A DNA stretch of 64,000 nucleotides from Paragordius varius (Eukaryota > Animalia > Nematomorpha): contig OZ176050.1 in the NCBI GenBank assembly GCA_964247055.1, positions 15,166,784-15,230,783 on the forward strand, given 5' to 3'. The first letter of the stretch is position 1, and each line of letters begins with the position of its first letter. The position numbers and the translations under genes are program-made. The notes below the pieces were generated by a model. It saw only the letters and a list, made by a program, of their open reading frames with translations. It made no database searches and was not told the DNA's origin. Shown piece by piece: positions 13,201-25,400 of the stretch.

Positions 13201-16200
13201 CACAATTTATATTTATCACAATTTGAAGAAGATATTTTAGTAAAATATTTGAGGTGATAAAAATATTAAGAAATTTAGAATACTGAAAGCTGAAAAACTT
13301 GGTTGAAAATTACCAAAATACTTATTGCATTTTCGATTTCAAATACACAATGATAATTACCAATTTTGGGGAGCGGAAATGGTATCTGAAAATATTCTCT
13401 GTAAAAATTTAAAGATTTGACGGCATAATCTAAAGCAAATTTAGCTTGATCGATTTGTTGCCGAGGAACATATACACTGATCTATACAAGGAACAAATAT
13501 GAAATTTATAGTTTATTAATTATAGAAATACATCAATAAATTTTATTTTAATAAAAATATGCATTTAATACTTTTACACCATATCTTGTTTTGGTCACAG
13601 CTTTGAAATCACAAATAACCCAGGCCACCAAATATGTACTCATTAAAGGTGATGGCAAAAAAACATCCCTTTCTATGTTTGCAGAAAAATTTTTAACAGT
13701 CCTGACTTTTGGCATGTTTGAGAGCGATATGAGATTTGAGGGTCTGTCTAAAGTTATCAAAAACACAGCCTTGCGATCTGGTTCATCCATACAAGGGAAG
13801 GCTTGGCGTGCAAAGTTGGGTTCAAATTGGGTAGATAGCAAATAACTGTGATTAAAAACGAAAGTAAGATTATTTTTACAAAAAACTTTAATTTAGCGCC
13901 ACTTCATCAAACCTTTACTGTAGATATTAATGTTTTAAAATTAATCATCAATGCTAACTATCCAGTTTGATGTATATTAATTTTTTATGCTTTATTCTTA
14001 AAGCATAAATTTTTTTATATAACAATAACAATATTGTATATTTTTAAGTATTTTCGTTTACTGAGTGCTCTTATTATAATCGGTATATTGGCTTGAATAT
14101 AATCCTGTCAAAGTACGGCTTATGTTACCATGGTAATTGATTGTCAACTTATATTGGTTGTGTGCCAAAAGTGGAGCGTTGAAATTGAATTTCCTCAAAG
14201 CATGTGTCAAATCGATCCGAACCATTTCAAATACATTGTCCTCATAAACTATGTCTTCAGGAGAAATTAAGATAAACGGAAAAGATTTTTCCGTATTATT
14301 TTTTGATATCGATTCAAGTGTCACACGACTAAAACGTAATCCCTTATTATTGAGCACGATAGTAGAAGTGTTTTGCAAAACAAGGAATGTAAATTCGAGA
14401 CGACCTAAAATCAAAATGGGTTATTATTGTGTTTTTATGGCTAATTCATTAAGACTTAATGAAGTTACTTGTATTAGATGCATATTTAAAATATATATAA
14501 TTACATAGAGGGTGCAAAAAAAAGCATATAAATCATATATGATAGCAAGCTTGGATAGATTAGAATCAAAATGATAAATGCTGTTTAAATACTAGAAAAA
14601 AGTCATGCTATTAACGAAATTATCGCTTTTTATCGGACATTAGGTTGAATGGTGACAATAGAGGAAACCACGTCGTTTAAATATAATTTGTTAATATGTA
14701 CAAAATTAAATTTAGTTAGATTATAGTTACAACACATAGACTTTTTATAGTGGATTTTTTTAAAAGAAACTCATTTTAAATTGCGAGCTAAAATTATATT
14801 GATATTATTTCACTCTATAGTTGGGCAATTCGCAACACAATAGTGTATGGAAATAACATTTTGAATAAACAATTATTTCCTTTTTTCATACACTCCTATG
14901 TTGTAAATTGCCCTTCAATGGTGTAAAATAAGCAACCATTAAAATGCATTCTGTAATATAAATTTTTGGCGCCATCTTGGCTTTGGATTCCGGTTTTTAA
15001 ATCTCCTTAGTAGCTTTTACAAAAGTCTGTCTCGTTATTTAGAAAAAATATTTATATTATCTATATTTTTTATTATTTTTATTCAACGTACCAAAAATTA
15101 AAATGACTTTTTCCAGTATAACCGCATTTATCATTTCATTATTTATTGCTTTTGATTATCGAATGACCTATTATGGATGATTTTAAAAGAATATTTGAGC
15201 ATCATTTTTATCGCACAGTGTTGTTTAGCCCTAACAATTTTTTATTATTGTCACAATATAAATAATTTAAAAATAATAATTTGTGAAACCATTAAATGAA
15301 TGACATCGAGGCAGAGTTGTATTCAAATTAAACCAATTAGGTGAAATCGTTATATTGTACGAAAGCGGTTTAATCGTTCGTGGTAATCGGTAATTGGTAT
15401 CTTCAAAGAATTTCACATGAGTTTTGGAATCATTTGATCCAAATCCAATATTATGGCCAAGAAAACCAGAACCGGATGCTGACCACACAATGGGTATCTA
15501 TTTATATAAATTAAATATTCTAATTTGAAAGTGGTCAAAATACAGTTGCTTGATTCCAATGTAAAAGTTCAATTAATATCAGTTGTATTTTACTGCCTAC
15601 CTACTACAAACTATAGTTGGTCATACCTCACAGGAAACAGTTTTTTCCTTTTTTACATAATATGTTTATTTAATTCAGTGTTTTGATGTTGTTTCCCCTT
15701 CTCTACTGTGTTGCGAATCGACCAACTATAGTGTGAAATAAGCACCCATTAAAATTCATATTGTATTACAATTTATGAAATGTCACACATAGTATATCAG
15801 TAAGCTTTTGTTTTTGGATAATAACATTTAAAATAACAAGCATTTAAATATTTGACGACTTACCATTTGCATTTCAAGAGTGGTTCTTAAACATTTCATG
15901 TTGGTCCTTTGACTTTTTTTTAATTTTTATTTATCCAATCGTAAAATATTCATTTATTGTTTTAACCCATTTTCCATTATTAAGAAGTTTATATCAATAA
16001 CAACTTTTAATCATTCAGAATCCGTATATCTTCATTAATTTTTTTAAATGATTTTGATAATTCATAAGATTTTAACACTTAATTAAAAATATATAAATTT
16101 TCTGGGTTATTATCTACAATTTTTCGTTGAAAACATTTAAACGGTAATATTATTGTAAAATTGGAAAAAAATTAATTTGAAATTAAAAAGTGATTTTTGG

Positions 16201-17454
16201 ATAAAATTTGGAATAATTATATATTAAATAAAGAAATTTTAAAAAATAAGAAAATAAAATATGCAAAAATTATGGTTGAATCAAAATTTGAAAATTTTAA
16301 GGACCAACTTGAAGTGTTCAATGACCAACTTAAAGTGTTCAACCTCTTGAAATGATCATGGACAAACTTGAAGTGTTTAAACCAAAGTCTTCAAAGACCT
16401 CCTGAAATGTTCATGGACAAACTTGAAGTGTTCAAGGACACTCTTAAAGTGCAGATGGAAATTTATACAAAATTTTGAAATCAGCTAAATACATTTTTAA
16501 AAATGCATACTTTCAAAAATTAAAATTTTCGATCTTGTTGAGGCGTACTTCATACCATTTTCAGCAGGATGGAAACGATATAAACGGTTAATTAAGTTAT
16601 ATAAAAATTGTGTTTTCACAAAAATTGGCCAAAGTTTGCAAGCAAACAAACGTTAAAATTAAAATTCTGCACCTATAGTAATTTCAACATCAAGGAATTA
16701 TTTAGAAAAAGGGTAATCAGCGTACCGTTTCCGTCATGCTTCGAAATAGTATGAAGTACGCTTCAACAAAATATCTCAAATATGTATGCAAAAAAATAAG
16801 AATACTTAGGAAAAAAAATTAAGACAAATCATACCTCCCTGTTAATGAGTATAGAAAACGTAAAAACTCTAATTTTTGATAAGAAAATGTTATTTCGAAA
16901 TCATCCATATATAATAACTTTCTTTATAATATAACTTTTTTGTTAATTTTGAATCTTAAGGCACCCCTTATTGCAGAAGCCTTAAGTGAAAGAACCATTA
17001 GTCTGAATCTTATTGTGTGGGGTCCGAGATTTATAGTTTTTCCACTGCGCTAAAGGCTGCAACCCATAATTTTATGTTCAAATAGAGCAGTAAAAAATAT
17101 TAACCAATTAAGAAACCATAAAATGAACCATTTTTTTTTACAAATTATGAGTTTTTTTACAGAGAATATTATATTAAATTCTAAAATAATTATTTTCAAT
17201 AAACTAAAGGAAATTAATACAAAAGTGGGCTCAGTACAGTCGCAGTTCTTTTCTGAAAACCCAGTACTGTACTGCGAAAATAAGCCTATCTGATCACATT
17301 ATAAAAATTTAATCAAATGATAAGTTGTGTAATTTTTAAATTTGAAGTATACTATATATTGCGATTTTGCTATTACTTCTCTTATATTTTTTAGAGACTA
17401 GAGTTATACCTGATGGCAGAGGTTTAGGGATATTAATATTTTTATGAGTAACAT
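1261..17454 (-). CDS. M1-family zinc aminopeptidase (aminopeptidase N/A-like), 3'-partial, about 880 aa visible
   Basis: GT-AG exons, all phases consistent: 17454-17410 ([15 protein letters not shown], least certain), 15497-15290 ([12 protein letters not shown]), 14404-14062, 13845-13572 ([19 protein letters not shown]; MSTYLVAW), 13481-13361 ([10 protein letters not shown]), 11254-11100 (GGTENWGL; HEMAHQ), 10063-9955 ([15 protein letters not shown], giving HEXXH-X18-E), 8451-8248 ([13 protein letters not shown], catalytic Tyr), 7892-7803 (NDLW), 7533-7466, 6098-5868 (GFPLV; WNIPL), 4744-4518 ([16 protein letters not shown]), 4115-4036, 3516-3318, 2878-2758, 1427-1261. The C-terminal exons lie left of the window. 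Confidence 0.93.
2118..2465. mobile_element. CAGT-terminal MITE (family A), full copy with TA target-site duplication
   Basis: TA|CAGTGAAAATTGGAATTATACGGACAAAA ... TTTTGTCCGCATAATTTCAATTTCTACTG|TA. Imperfect TIR of about 75 bp. TA TSD plus CAGT ends are typical of the Tc1/mariner superfamily. Confidence 0.85.
6157..6182. repeat. (AT)n microsatellite
   Basis: About 13 AT dinucleotides in an aminopeptidase intron. Confidence 0.8.
14815..15733. repeat. Two copies (~14815-14920 and ~15610-15733) of a small palindromic MITE-like repeat flanking aminopeptidase exon 2
   Basis: CTATAGTTGG termini. CTATAGTTGGGCAATTCGCAACACAATAGT (14815) is inverted relative to ACTGTGTTGCGAATCGACCAACTATAG (~15706). 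Both copies are followed by near-identical GTGT(A/G)AAATAAGCA(A/C)CCATTAAAAT. Confidence 0.55.
16299..16453 (+). repeat. Degenerate ~21-bp minisatellite (AAGGACCAACTTGAAGTGTTC-like)
   Basis: About 7 imperfect units. Related sequence occurs at ~15868-15912 (inverted) and ~20824-20870. Confidence 0.65.
16535..16769. repeat. Inverted repeat (~50-bp arms), probable MITE core
   Basis: TTGTTGAGGCGTACTTCATACCATTTTCAGCAGGATGGAAACG pairs with CGTTTCCGTCATGCTTCGAAATAGTATGAAGTACGCTTCAACAA across a spacer of about 140 bp. Confidence 0.6.
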
Positions 17455-18878
17455 TCAATCGATCAAATAAAATTAAAAAATATATTGATAGTTTAAAAAA
17501 TATTGAAGTTCAAAATGTTAGTAGAAAAATATTGACATGCACTTCAAAAAAAATAACCCTATTTTTTTACCTATTTTCTGGTAGTTCAAACTGTTTGTTT
17601 ATATAAACACATAACGGTAATCCCATATTTTTTTGTACTTTAAACTTATTTCACTTGAATGAAATCTATTTACAAATGTTGTGTTTTGGAATTTCCCAGC
17701 TTTGTACCTTAGTTAAATATTTATTGAGTTTTGAAACATTATTTTCCAAAAAATGTGTAATTTATTGAATTTAATTGCGAACTATAATCAGGCCAAATTA
17801 ATTAGCTCTAACTTAGGCCTAGCAAGCGTGACAGATGTTAAATTAAGGCTTTATAAATAATATCTAAGCGAATATTCGCCAATCGTTTTATATTTATTTG
17901 GGAAAGTGCCAATTTTCATATTTATTCTGTATTTATCAACTCTCCTGGTAAAAAGACATTTTTTTGCAAAACCTCTTCTCCACAAATAAATATTTGAGGC
18001 AATTATATAACTATGATGATACAATATATTAATAGTAGTTATGGCATTTCAAGTATAAAAGCAAAAAAATTTATCTCAGCATTATTTTAAATGCGCCACC
18101 ATGTAAAAAACGGCGTAATGCGGCCAAAGTTGTGATGTAAACATAATTAATAATTGGTTTTTTACATGTTCCCAAAATTAAAATTTCAGTTGAGTGCTTT
18201 TATGTAACATTTATTTAAATAGCGGATATTTTAAAAAGGATATGAGGTGAAAAATGTTTAGCATCAATGTATTTAGTAAAATTTGTAATATCTTAAGGCG
18301 ATTTATCGTTTCCATCATCGCTCAAAAAAGTATAAAGTACGTTTCAACATATTTTAATAATTAAACAAACTATGCATTTTTTAAAATATTTTTATGATTG
18401 AAATTTTGCATATTTCATTTATTTCAAACAATTTTTCAAAAATATTGTTTTGCTTTTTATATGCAGTATATAAAGTAAATTGAATAATGCATTTAGCTTT
18501 TAAAAAATTATGTGTAACAAAATGTACGCGTTTGCATTTCAAGAGTCTGTTTTGAGGCTTCGAGGTTCCTGAAAGTTTATTAAACATTTTAGTTCTGATT
18601 TTTCAAGTTTCTTATGTTAACTAAAGGTGTTTATAATTAGATATTCTATTCCAAATCATCAAATACACGTAAACAGCAGTAATAATAAGCTATACATACA
18701 TACAGTTTTTATAATTACTTTATAAAAATGGTTGTTTAAAATGACTAAATTTAGAATTGGTACAAAATTAAATACATTATTTTTAATAGGTTGTTTTATA
18801 AAAATAAATAATAATAATAAAAAGTAATCATATCAAAATAATTGGAGTGAATTCGATTATATTAATAATAAATAATTA

Positions 18879-20790
18879 CAGTCATGTAGACTTTATATTG
18901 TTAAAGATTTACTTTTTTTCGTTAATTGGGTATTAATATTTGGTAAAGAATATAAAAACAAGAGCAATATGGTATTACCATATTATATTCTTTAAAAAAG
19001 TAAAATAAGTGTGGGGGAAGGGCGTCGGAAATATTTAGTAAAAAATGAAAATCTTAAAATATTGTTATAGGGGAATGGTAATATTTTTGTTAATCTTTTA
19101 GCAAATTTTATATGTTGATTTTTTTTAAAAATTTGTTTCGCACTACACATATGAAAGAGGATTGACGTGAGAATTAACATAATTAATTTGATGAATATTT
19201 TGTATGTTAAAATTTAAGAATATTACAGCAATTTATGTCAACATTTGAAATATTGTTGTTACGTATTTAGATGCGGAATTTTGTGGGTTTTTATTTTTAA
19301 TAATTTAATAAATAGTAAAATAGGTATTTTAATATTATTTAGGATTCATAATTAAATTCAATAATTACTATTTTTCAACATGATAAATATCTGTATTAAT
19401 CGAAATCGGTATTATTATTTTTAATAGTTGTTATTCGTAATTAAAATACAGGTTATATATATGTGAAAATTTAATTAGATTATAGATTGGTTTTGTTTTT
19501 ATGTTTTTCATGGTTAATTTTTATGTCTTTACATTTTAATCAGGTAAAAATTTAGGTTTTTAAATTTAGTCAAATTTAATTTTTTTGTTTTTTATTTAAC
19601 ATTGTTAATTGTAATTAATTACTACATATTTTAAACATTTTAATAAATACAGGTGAAAATTGTGGTTTTTAATAAATTTAGTTAAATTGAATTTTTTTGT
19701 TTTTTTATTTAACATTGTTAATTGTAAATTACTACATATTTGGAAATTTTAAAAAATACAGGTGAAAATGGCAGTTTTTAAAATTTAACATTTTTTGTAT
19801 CATTGTTATTTGTTATTAATTAATAAATATTTTGGACTTTTAAAAAAAAAGGTGAAAATTGCGGTTTTTAATAAATTCGTAAAATTTTTAATGTTTTGTT
19901 CAACCTCGCTAATTTATTAATTACTATATATTTTTGATACATTGATATATACAGGTAAAAATTACTATCATTTGAATAAATTAGCAAGGTTGAACAAAAC
20001 ATTAAAAATTTATTAATTTTATTAAAAACCGCAATTTTCACCTGTTTTTTAAATGTCGAAAATATTTGATAATTAATAATACAAAAAAATTAAATTTGAC
20101 TAAATTTAAAAACCGCATTTTTTACCTGATTAAAATGTAAAGACATAAAAATTAACCATGAAAAACATAAAAACAAAACCAATCTTTAATCTAATTAAAT
20201 TTTCACATATATATAACCTGTATTTTAATTACTAATAACAACTATTTAAAATAATAATCCCAATTTCGATTAATACAGGTATTTATCATGTTGAAAAATA
20301 GTAATTATTGAATTTAATTTTGAATCCTAAATAATATTAAAATACCTATTTTACTATTTATTAAATTATTAAAAATAAAAACCCACAAAATTCCGCATCT
20401 AAATACGTAACAACAATATTTCAAATGTTGACATAAATTGCTGTAATATTCTTAAATTTTAACATACAAAATATTCATCAAATTAATTATGTTAATTCTC
20501 ACGTCAATCCTCTTTCATATGTGTAGTGCGAAACAAATTTTTAAAAAAAATCAACATATAAAATTTGCTAAAAGATTAACAAAAATATTACCATTCCCCT
20601 ATAACAATATTTTAAGATTTTCATTTTTTACTAAATATTTCCGACGCCCTTCCCCCACACTTATTTTACTTTTTTAAAGAATATGATATGGTAATACCAT
20701 ATTGCTCTTGTTTTTATATTCTTTACCAAATATTAATACCCAATTAACCAAAAAAAGTAAATCTTTAACAATATAAAGTCTACATGACTG
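18879..20790. mobile_element. Foldback-type non-autonomous DNA transposon (1912 bp, almost entirely inverted repeat)
   Basis: TA|CAGTCATGTAGACTTTATATTG ... CAATATAAAGTCTACATGACTG|TA. Arms are ~18879-19918 and ~19976-20790 with a spacer of about 57 bp. The outer ~600 bp are nearly identical (ORFs 18992-19180 minus and 20489-20677 plus translate identically). Inner parts are built of ~115-bp tandem subrepeats (ACAGGTGAAAATT..GTTTT), with more copies in the left arm. Confidence 0.88.
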
Positions 20791-20914
20791 TAAATGGTTT
20801 AAAATACTTGGCAATAATAAGTTCAGGACCAACATGAAATGTTTAAAGAACTGGTGTTTAACATGAGATGTTAATAGTTCTCTTTAAGATGTTGAAGTAT
20901 TAAACAAATAAATA

Positions 20915-21170
20915 CAGTCATGTAGTCTTTATTTTATCAAAAATTTACTTTTTTTTGTTAAATGGGTATAAATATTTGATAAAGAATAGACAAACAAGAG
21001 TTATATGGTATTAATCATATCATATTTATTAAAAGAGAAAAAGAAGTGTGGGGCAAGGGCGTCCAAAATCTTTGGTAAAAAAATGAAAATTAAAATATTG
21101 TTAAAGGGGAATGGTAATATTTGTGTTACTCAAAATTTTATATATTATTTTTTTTGGTAAAATTTTATTT
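20915..21170 (+). mobile_element. Diverged, truncated copy of the foldback outer arm
   Basis: Begins TA|CAGTCATGTAG and aligns to ~18879-19130 (e.g. AAGTGTGGGGCAAGGGCGTC vs AAGTGTGGGGGAAGGGCGTC). Confidence 0.75.
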
Positions 21171-21176
21171 AACGAC

Positions 21177-21460
21177 TCAAATTGGGCTATCTAAATATAC
21201 CCCAGACTAAATATGAGTTAGAATTTTAAAAAACTATGTGAAAGAAACGGTCCCAATTTAATTATGCTTCTTTCCTTATAAAAATTATATAAATATGCCA
21301 AAATTTCTAGATAAATTTTTTTAAAAAAGTTCCATGTGAGGCAAGCGATATATTTTGTATTATTATTCATATTTACCATTTCACACATGTCACGTTGACT
21401 AAATTTTACCTTCTGGTTTTAGCTTAAAAATGAATGTGTTGTATCCAAGTGTTAAACAAA
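21177..21460 (+). repeat. Dispersed repeat, with a second copy at ~57975-58520
   Basis: Shared blocks ATCTAAAT..CCCAGACTAAAT.TGAGTTAGAATTTTAAAAAACTA, AAAATTATATAAATATGCCAAAAT, TTTACCATT.CACACATGTCA.GTTGAC and AAAATGAAT.TGTTGTATCCAAGTGTTAA. Confidence 0.75.
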
Positions 21461-21672
21461 ACAAATTAACCTCTTAAAATAATTTTTTTAATAGGATATC
21501 ACAATAAATAACCTTTGGACTTATACATTTTCCTATAATATTTTTATTTGTTTCATTTATTATGCTACACTATATTTCTTTCACTATACATTTGACATTT
21601 CATAATAATTGTTTGATTTAATTTTGGTTGTATTATTATAATAATAATTTTGTTAATGATTTAATTAAAAGT

Positions 21673-21819
21673 CAGGAACTCAAAATGGAACGGGTTCTAA
21701 ATGTGAAGAACCGGTTCCGGAACCGCTAAATTTTTAAGGAACAAACGCGGTTCTGGTTTCACTTGTTTAGGAACCGACCCAGTCCCGGTTTCACTTTTTT
21801 AAACCGGTTTCAAGCCCTG
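21673..21819. mobile_element. Degenerate hAT-like MITE
   Basis: CAGG... ...CAAGCCCTG ends with several subterminal AACCG/CGGTT motifs. TSD is poor (5 of 8). Confidence 0.45.
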
Positions 21820-22467
21820 ATAAAAACTTTTGTTTTATTTTGAGCTCAATTTTGGATGATACATCATCTAAATAATTGTAAATTTTGATTGAAATTCAAT
21901 TTTATATATTTTAACATTTTTTTAGAGCATTCTTGAATACCGAAAAAAGTGGACATTCTTGGTTTAACAAATATGGATATTCGTATATAAAAATATTTGC
22001 TTTAATTTTATACGTTTTGTCTATAATTTTAATTTTTAAGAAAATATATAGAGGTATAGATAACACAATAGGGTTTTAGTTTTAATTTTAAAATAAAACT
22101 TGCTAATAACTATAATATTGGTTGTAAAAAAATATTAGTGTTCTAAAAAATTAAGGGTATCGGAATCGTTACCTGCTCTAATTGATCTTTGAAAAGGCAC
22201 AAAAAATAGATTGTAAAAAATAACATCAACATATCTCAATATATTATATATGTTTTATTTATTTTTTGTAAGATATAGTTACCCCATTTTTGGGGTTAAT
22301 GATGGATAAAAAACATTAATTAAATATAATGCTTATAACAAATTTTTTTGTAAATAAGTTATGTGAGTAAGAGAGCTGTATTGGAATTATATGAAAAGGA
22401 AAATGTCTTAAAGCATTAGATGTTTTTGATGCTGGTGTACATAGATTATCTTATTATTATGATTTGG

Positions 22468-25400
22468 ATCCATCCGTCACCGAAACCACGCTTTTCAGTA
22501 TTAGGATAGATGGAGTTAGGAATGTTGGTGGATTTGGCTTAGAACCAATTTGAACAGATTTTGCCGGACGGTTTTTTGTAAGACTTGGACCTGATTGATG
22601 CAACTGTCTTAATGGATTATCGGATATTGAGTTTACATCCATCCGTCACCGAAACCACCCCTTTTCAGTTTTAGGATAGATGGAGTTAGGAATGTTGGAC
22701 AACTGATTTTGATGTAACTGTGCTATTGGATTATCGTATATTAAGTTTACATCCATCCGTCACCGAAACCACCCCTTTTCAGTATTAGGATAGATGGAGT
22801 TAGGAATGTTGGACAACTGATTTTGATGTAACTGTGCTATTGGATTATCGTATATAGAGTTTACATCCATCCGTCACCGAAACCAACTCTTTTCAGTATT
22901 AGGATAGATGGAGTTAGGAATGTTGGACAACTGATTTTGATGTAACTGTGCTATTGGATTATCGTATATAGAGTTTACATCCATCCGTCACCGAAACCAC
23001 CCCTTTTCAGTATTAGGATAGATGGAGTTAGGAATGTTGGACAACTGATTTTGATGTAACTGTGCTATTGGATTATCGTATATAGAGTTTACATCCATCC
23101 GTCACCGAAACCACCCCTTTTCAGTATTAGGATAGATGGAGTTAGGAATGTTGGACAACTGATTTTGATGTAACTGTGCTATTGGATTATCGTATATAGA
23201 GTATACATCCATCCGTCACCGAAACCACCCCTTTTCAGTATTAGGATAGATGGAGTTAGGAATGTCGGACAACTGACTTTAACTGTGCTAATGGATTATC
23301 GTATATAGAGTTTACATCCATCCGCCACCGAAACCACCCCTTTTCAGTTTTAGGATAGATGGAGTTAGGAATGTTGGACAACTGATTTTGATGTAACTGT
23401 GCTATTGGATTATCGTATATTAAGTTTACATCCATCCGTAACCGAAACCACCCCTTTTCAGTTTTAGGATAGATGGAGTTAGGAATGTTGGACAACTGAT
23501 TTTGATGTAACTGTGTTAATGGATTATCGTATATTAAGTTTACATCCATCCGTCACCGAAACCACCCCTTTTCAGTATTAGGATAGATGGAGTTAGGAAT
23601 GTTGGACAACTGATTTTGATGTAACTGTGCTATTGGATTATCGTATATAGAGTTAACATCCATCCGTCACCGAAACCACCCCTTTTCAGTATTAGGATAG
23701 ATGGAGTTAGGAATGTTGGACAACTGATTTTGATGTAACTGTGTTAATGGATTATCGTATATTAAGTTTACATCCATCCGTCACCGAAACCACCCCTTTT
23801 CAGTATTAGGATAGATGGAGTTAGGAATGTTGGACAACTGATTTTGATGTAACTGTGCTATTGGATTATCGTATATAGAGTTTACATCCATCCGTCACCG
23901 AAACCACCCCTTTTCAGTATTAGGATAGATGGAGTTAGGAATGTTGGACAACTGATTTTGATGTAACTGTGCTATTGGATTATCGTATATTAAGTTTACA
24001 TCCATCCGTAACTGAAACCACCCCTTTTCAGTTTTAGGATAGATGGAGTTAGGAATGTTGGACAACTGATTTTGATGTAACTGTGCTATTGGATTATCGT
24101 ATATTAAGTTTACATCCATCCGTCACCGAAACCACCCCTTTTCAGTTTTAGGATAGATGGAGTTAGGAATGTTGGACAACTGATTTTGATGTAACTGTGC
24201 TATTGGATTATCGTATATTAAGTTTACATCCATCTGTAACCGAAACCACCCCTTTTTAGTTTTAGGATAGATGGAGTTAGGAATGTTGGACAACTGATTT
24301 TGATGTAACTATGTTAATGGATTATCGTATATTAAGTTTACATCCATCCGTCACCGAAACCACCCCTTTTCAGTATTAGGATAGATGGAGTTAGGAATGT
24401 TGGACAACTGATTTTGATGTAACTGTGCTATTGGATTATCGTATATAGAGTTTACATCCATCGGTCACCGAAACCACCCCTTTTCAGTATTAGGATAGAT
24501 GGAGTTAGGAATGTTGGACAACTGATTTTGATGTAACTGTGCTACTGGATTATCGTATATAGAGTTTACATCCATCCGTCACCGAAAACACCCCTTTTCA
24601 GTTTTAGGATAGATGGAGTTAGGAATGTCGGACAACTGATTTTAACTGTGCTATTGGATTATCGTATATAGAGTTTACATCCATCCGTAACCGAAACCAC
24701 CCCTTTTCAGTATTAGGATAGATGGAGTTAGGAATGTTGGACAACTGATTTTGATGTAACTGTGCTATTGGATTATCGTATATAGAGTTTACATCCATCC
24801 GTCACCGAAACCACCCCTTTTCAGTATTAGGATAGATGGAGTTAGGAATGTTGGACAACTGATTTTGATGTAACTGTGCTATTGGATTATCGTATATAGA
24901 GTTTACATCCATCCGTCACCGAAAACACCCCTTTTCAGTTTTAGGATAGATGGAGTTAGGAATGTCGGACAACTGATTTTAACTGTGCTATTGGATTATC
25001 GTATATAGAGTTTACATCCATCCGTCACCGAAACCACCCCTTTTCAGTATTAGGATAGATGGAGTTAGGAATGTTGGACAACTGATTTTGATGTAACTGT
25101 GCTATTGGATTATCGTATATAGAGTTTACATCCATCCGTCACCGAAACCACCCCTTTTCAGTTTTAGGATAGATGGAGTTAGGAATGTTGGACAACTGAT
25201 TTTGATGTAACTGTACTATTGGATTATCGTATATAGAGTTTACATCCATCCGTCACCGAAAACACCCCTTTTCAGTTTTAGCAGTATTAGGATAGATGGA
25301 GTTAGGAATGTTGGACAACTGATTTTGATGTAACTGTTCTATTGGATTATCGTATATTAAGTTTACATCCATCCGTAACCGAAACCACCCCTTTTCAGTT

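Noticed and set aside
16955-17274. tRNA A-box-like TAGCGCAGTGG (minus, 17042-17052) and two short hairpins (16955-16986, 17232-17274)
   Set aside because: No B-box or cloverleaf. Stems of 8-9 bp are not enough to call an RNA gene.
18992-20677. Identical 62-aa ORFs on opposite strands
   Set aside because: A by-product of the foldback arms; low complexity with no domain.
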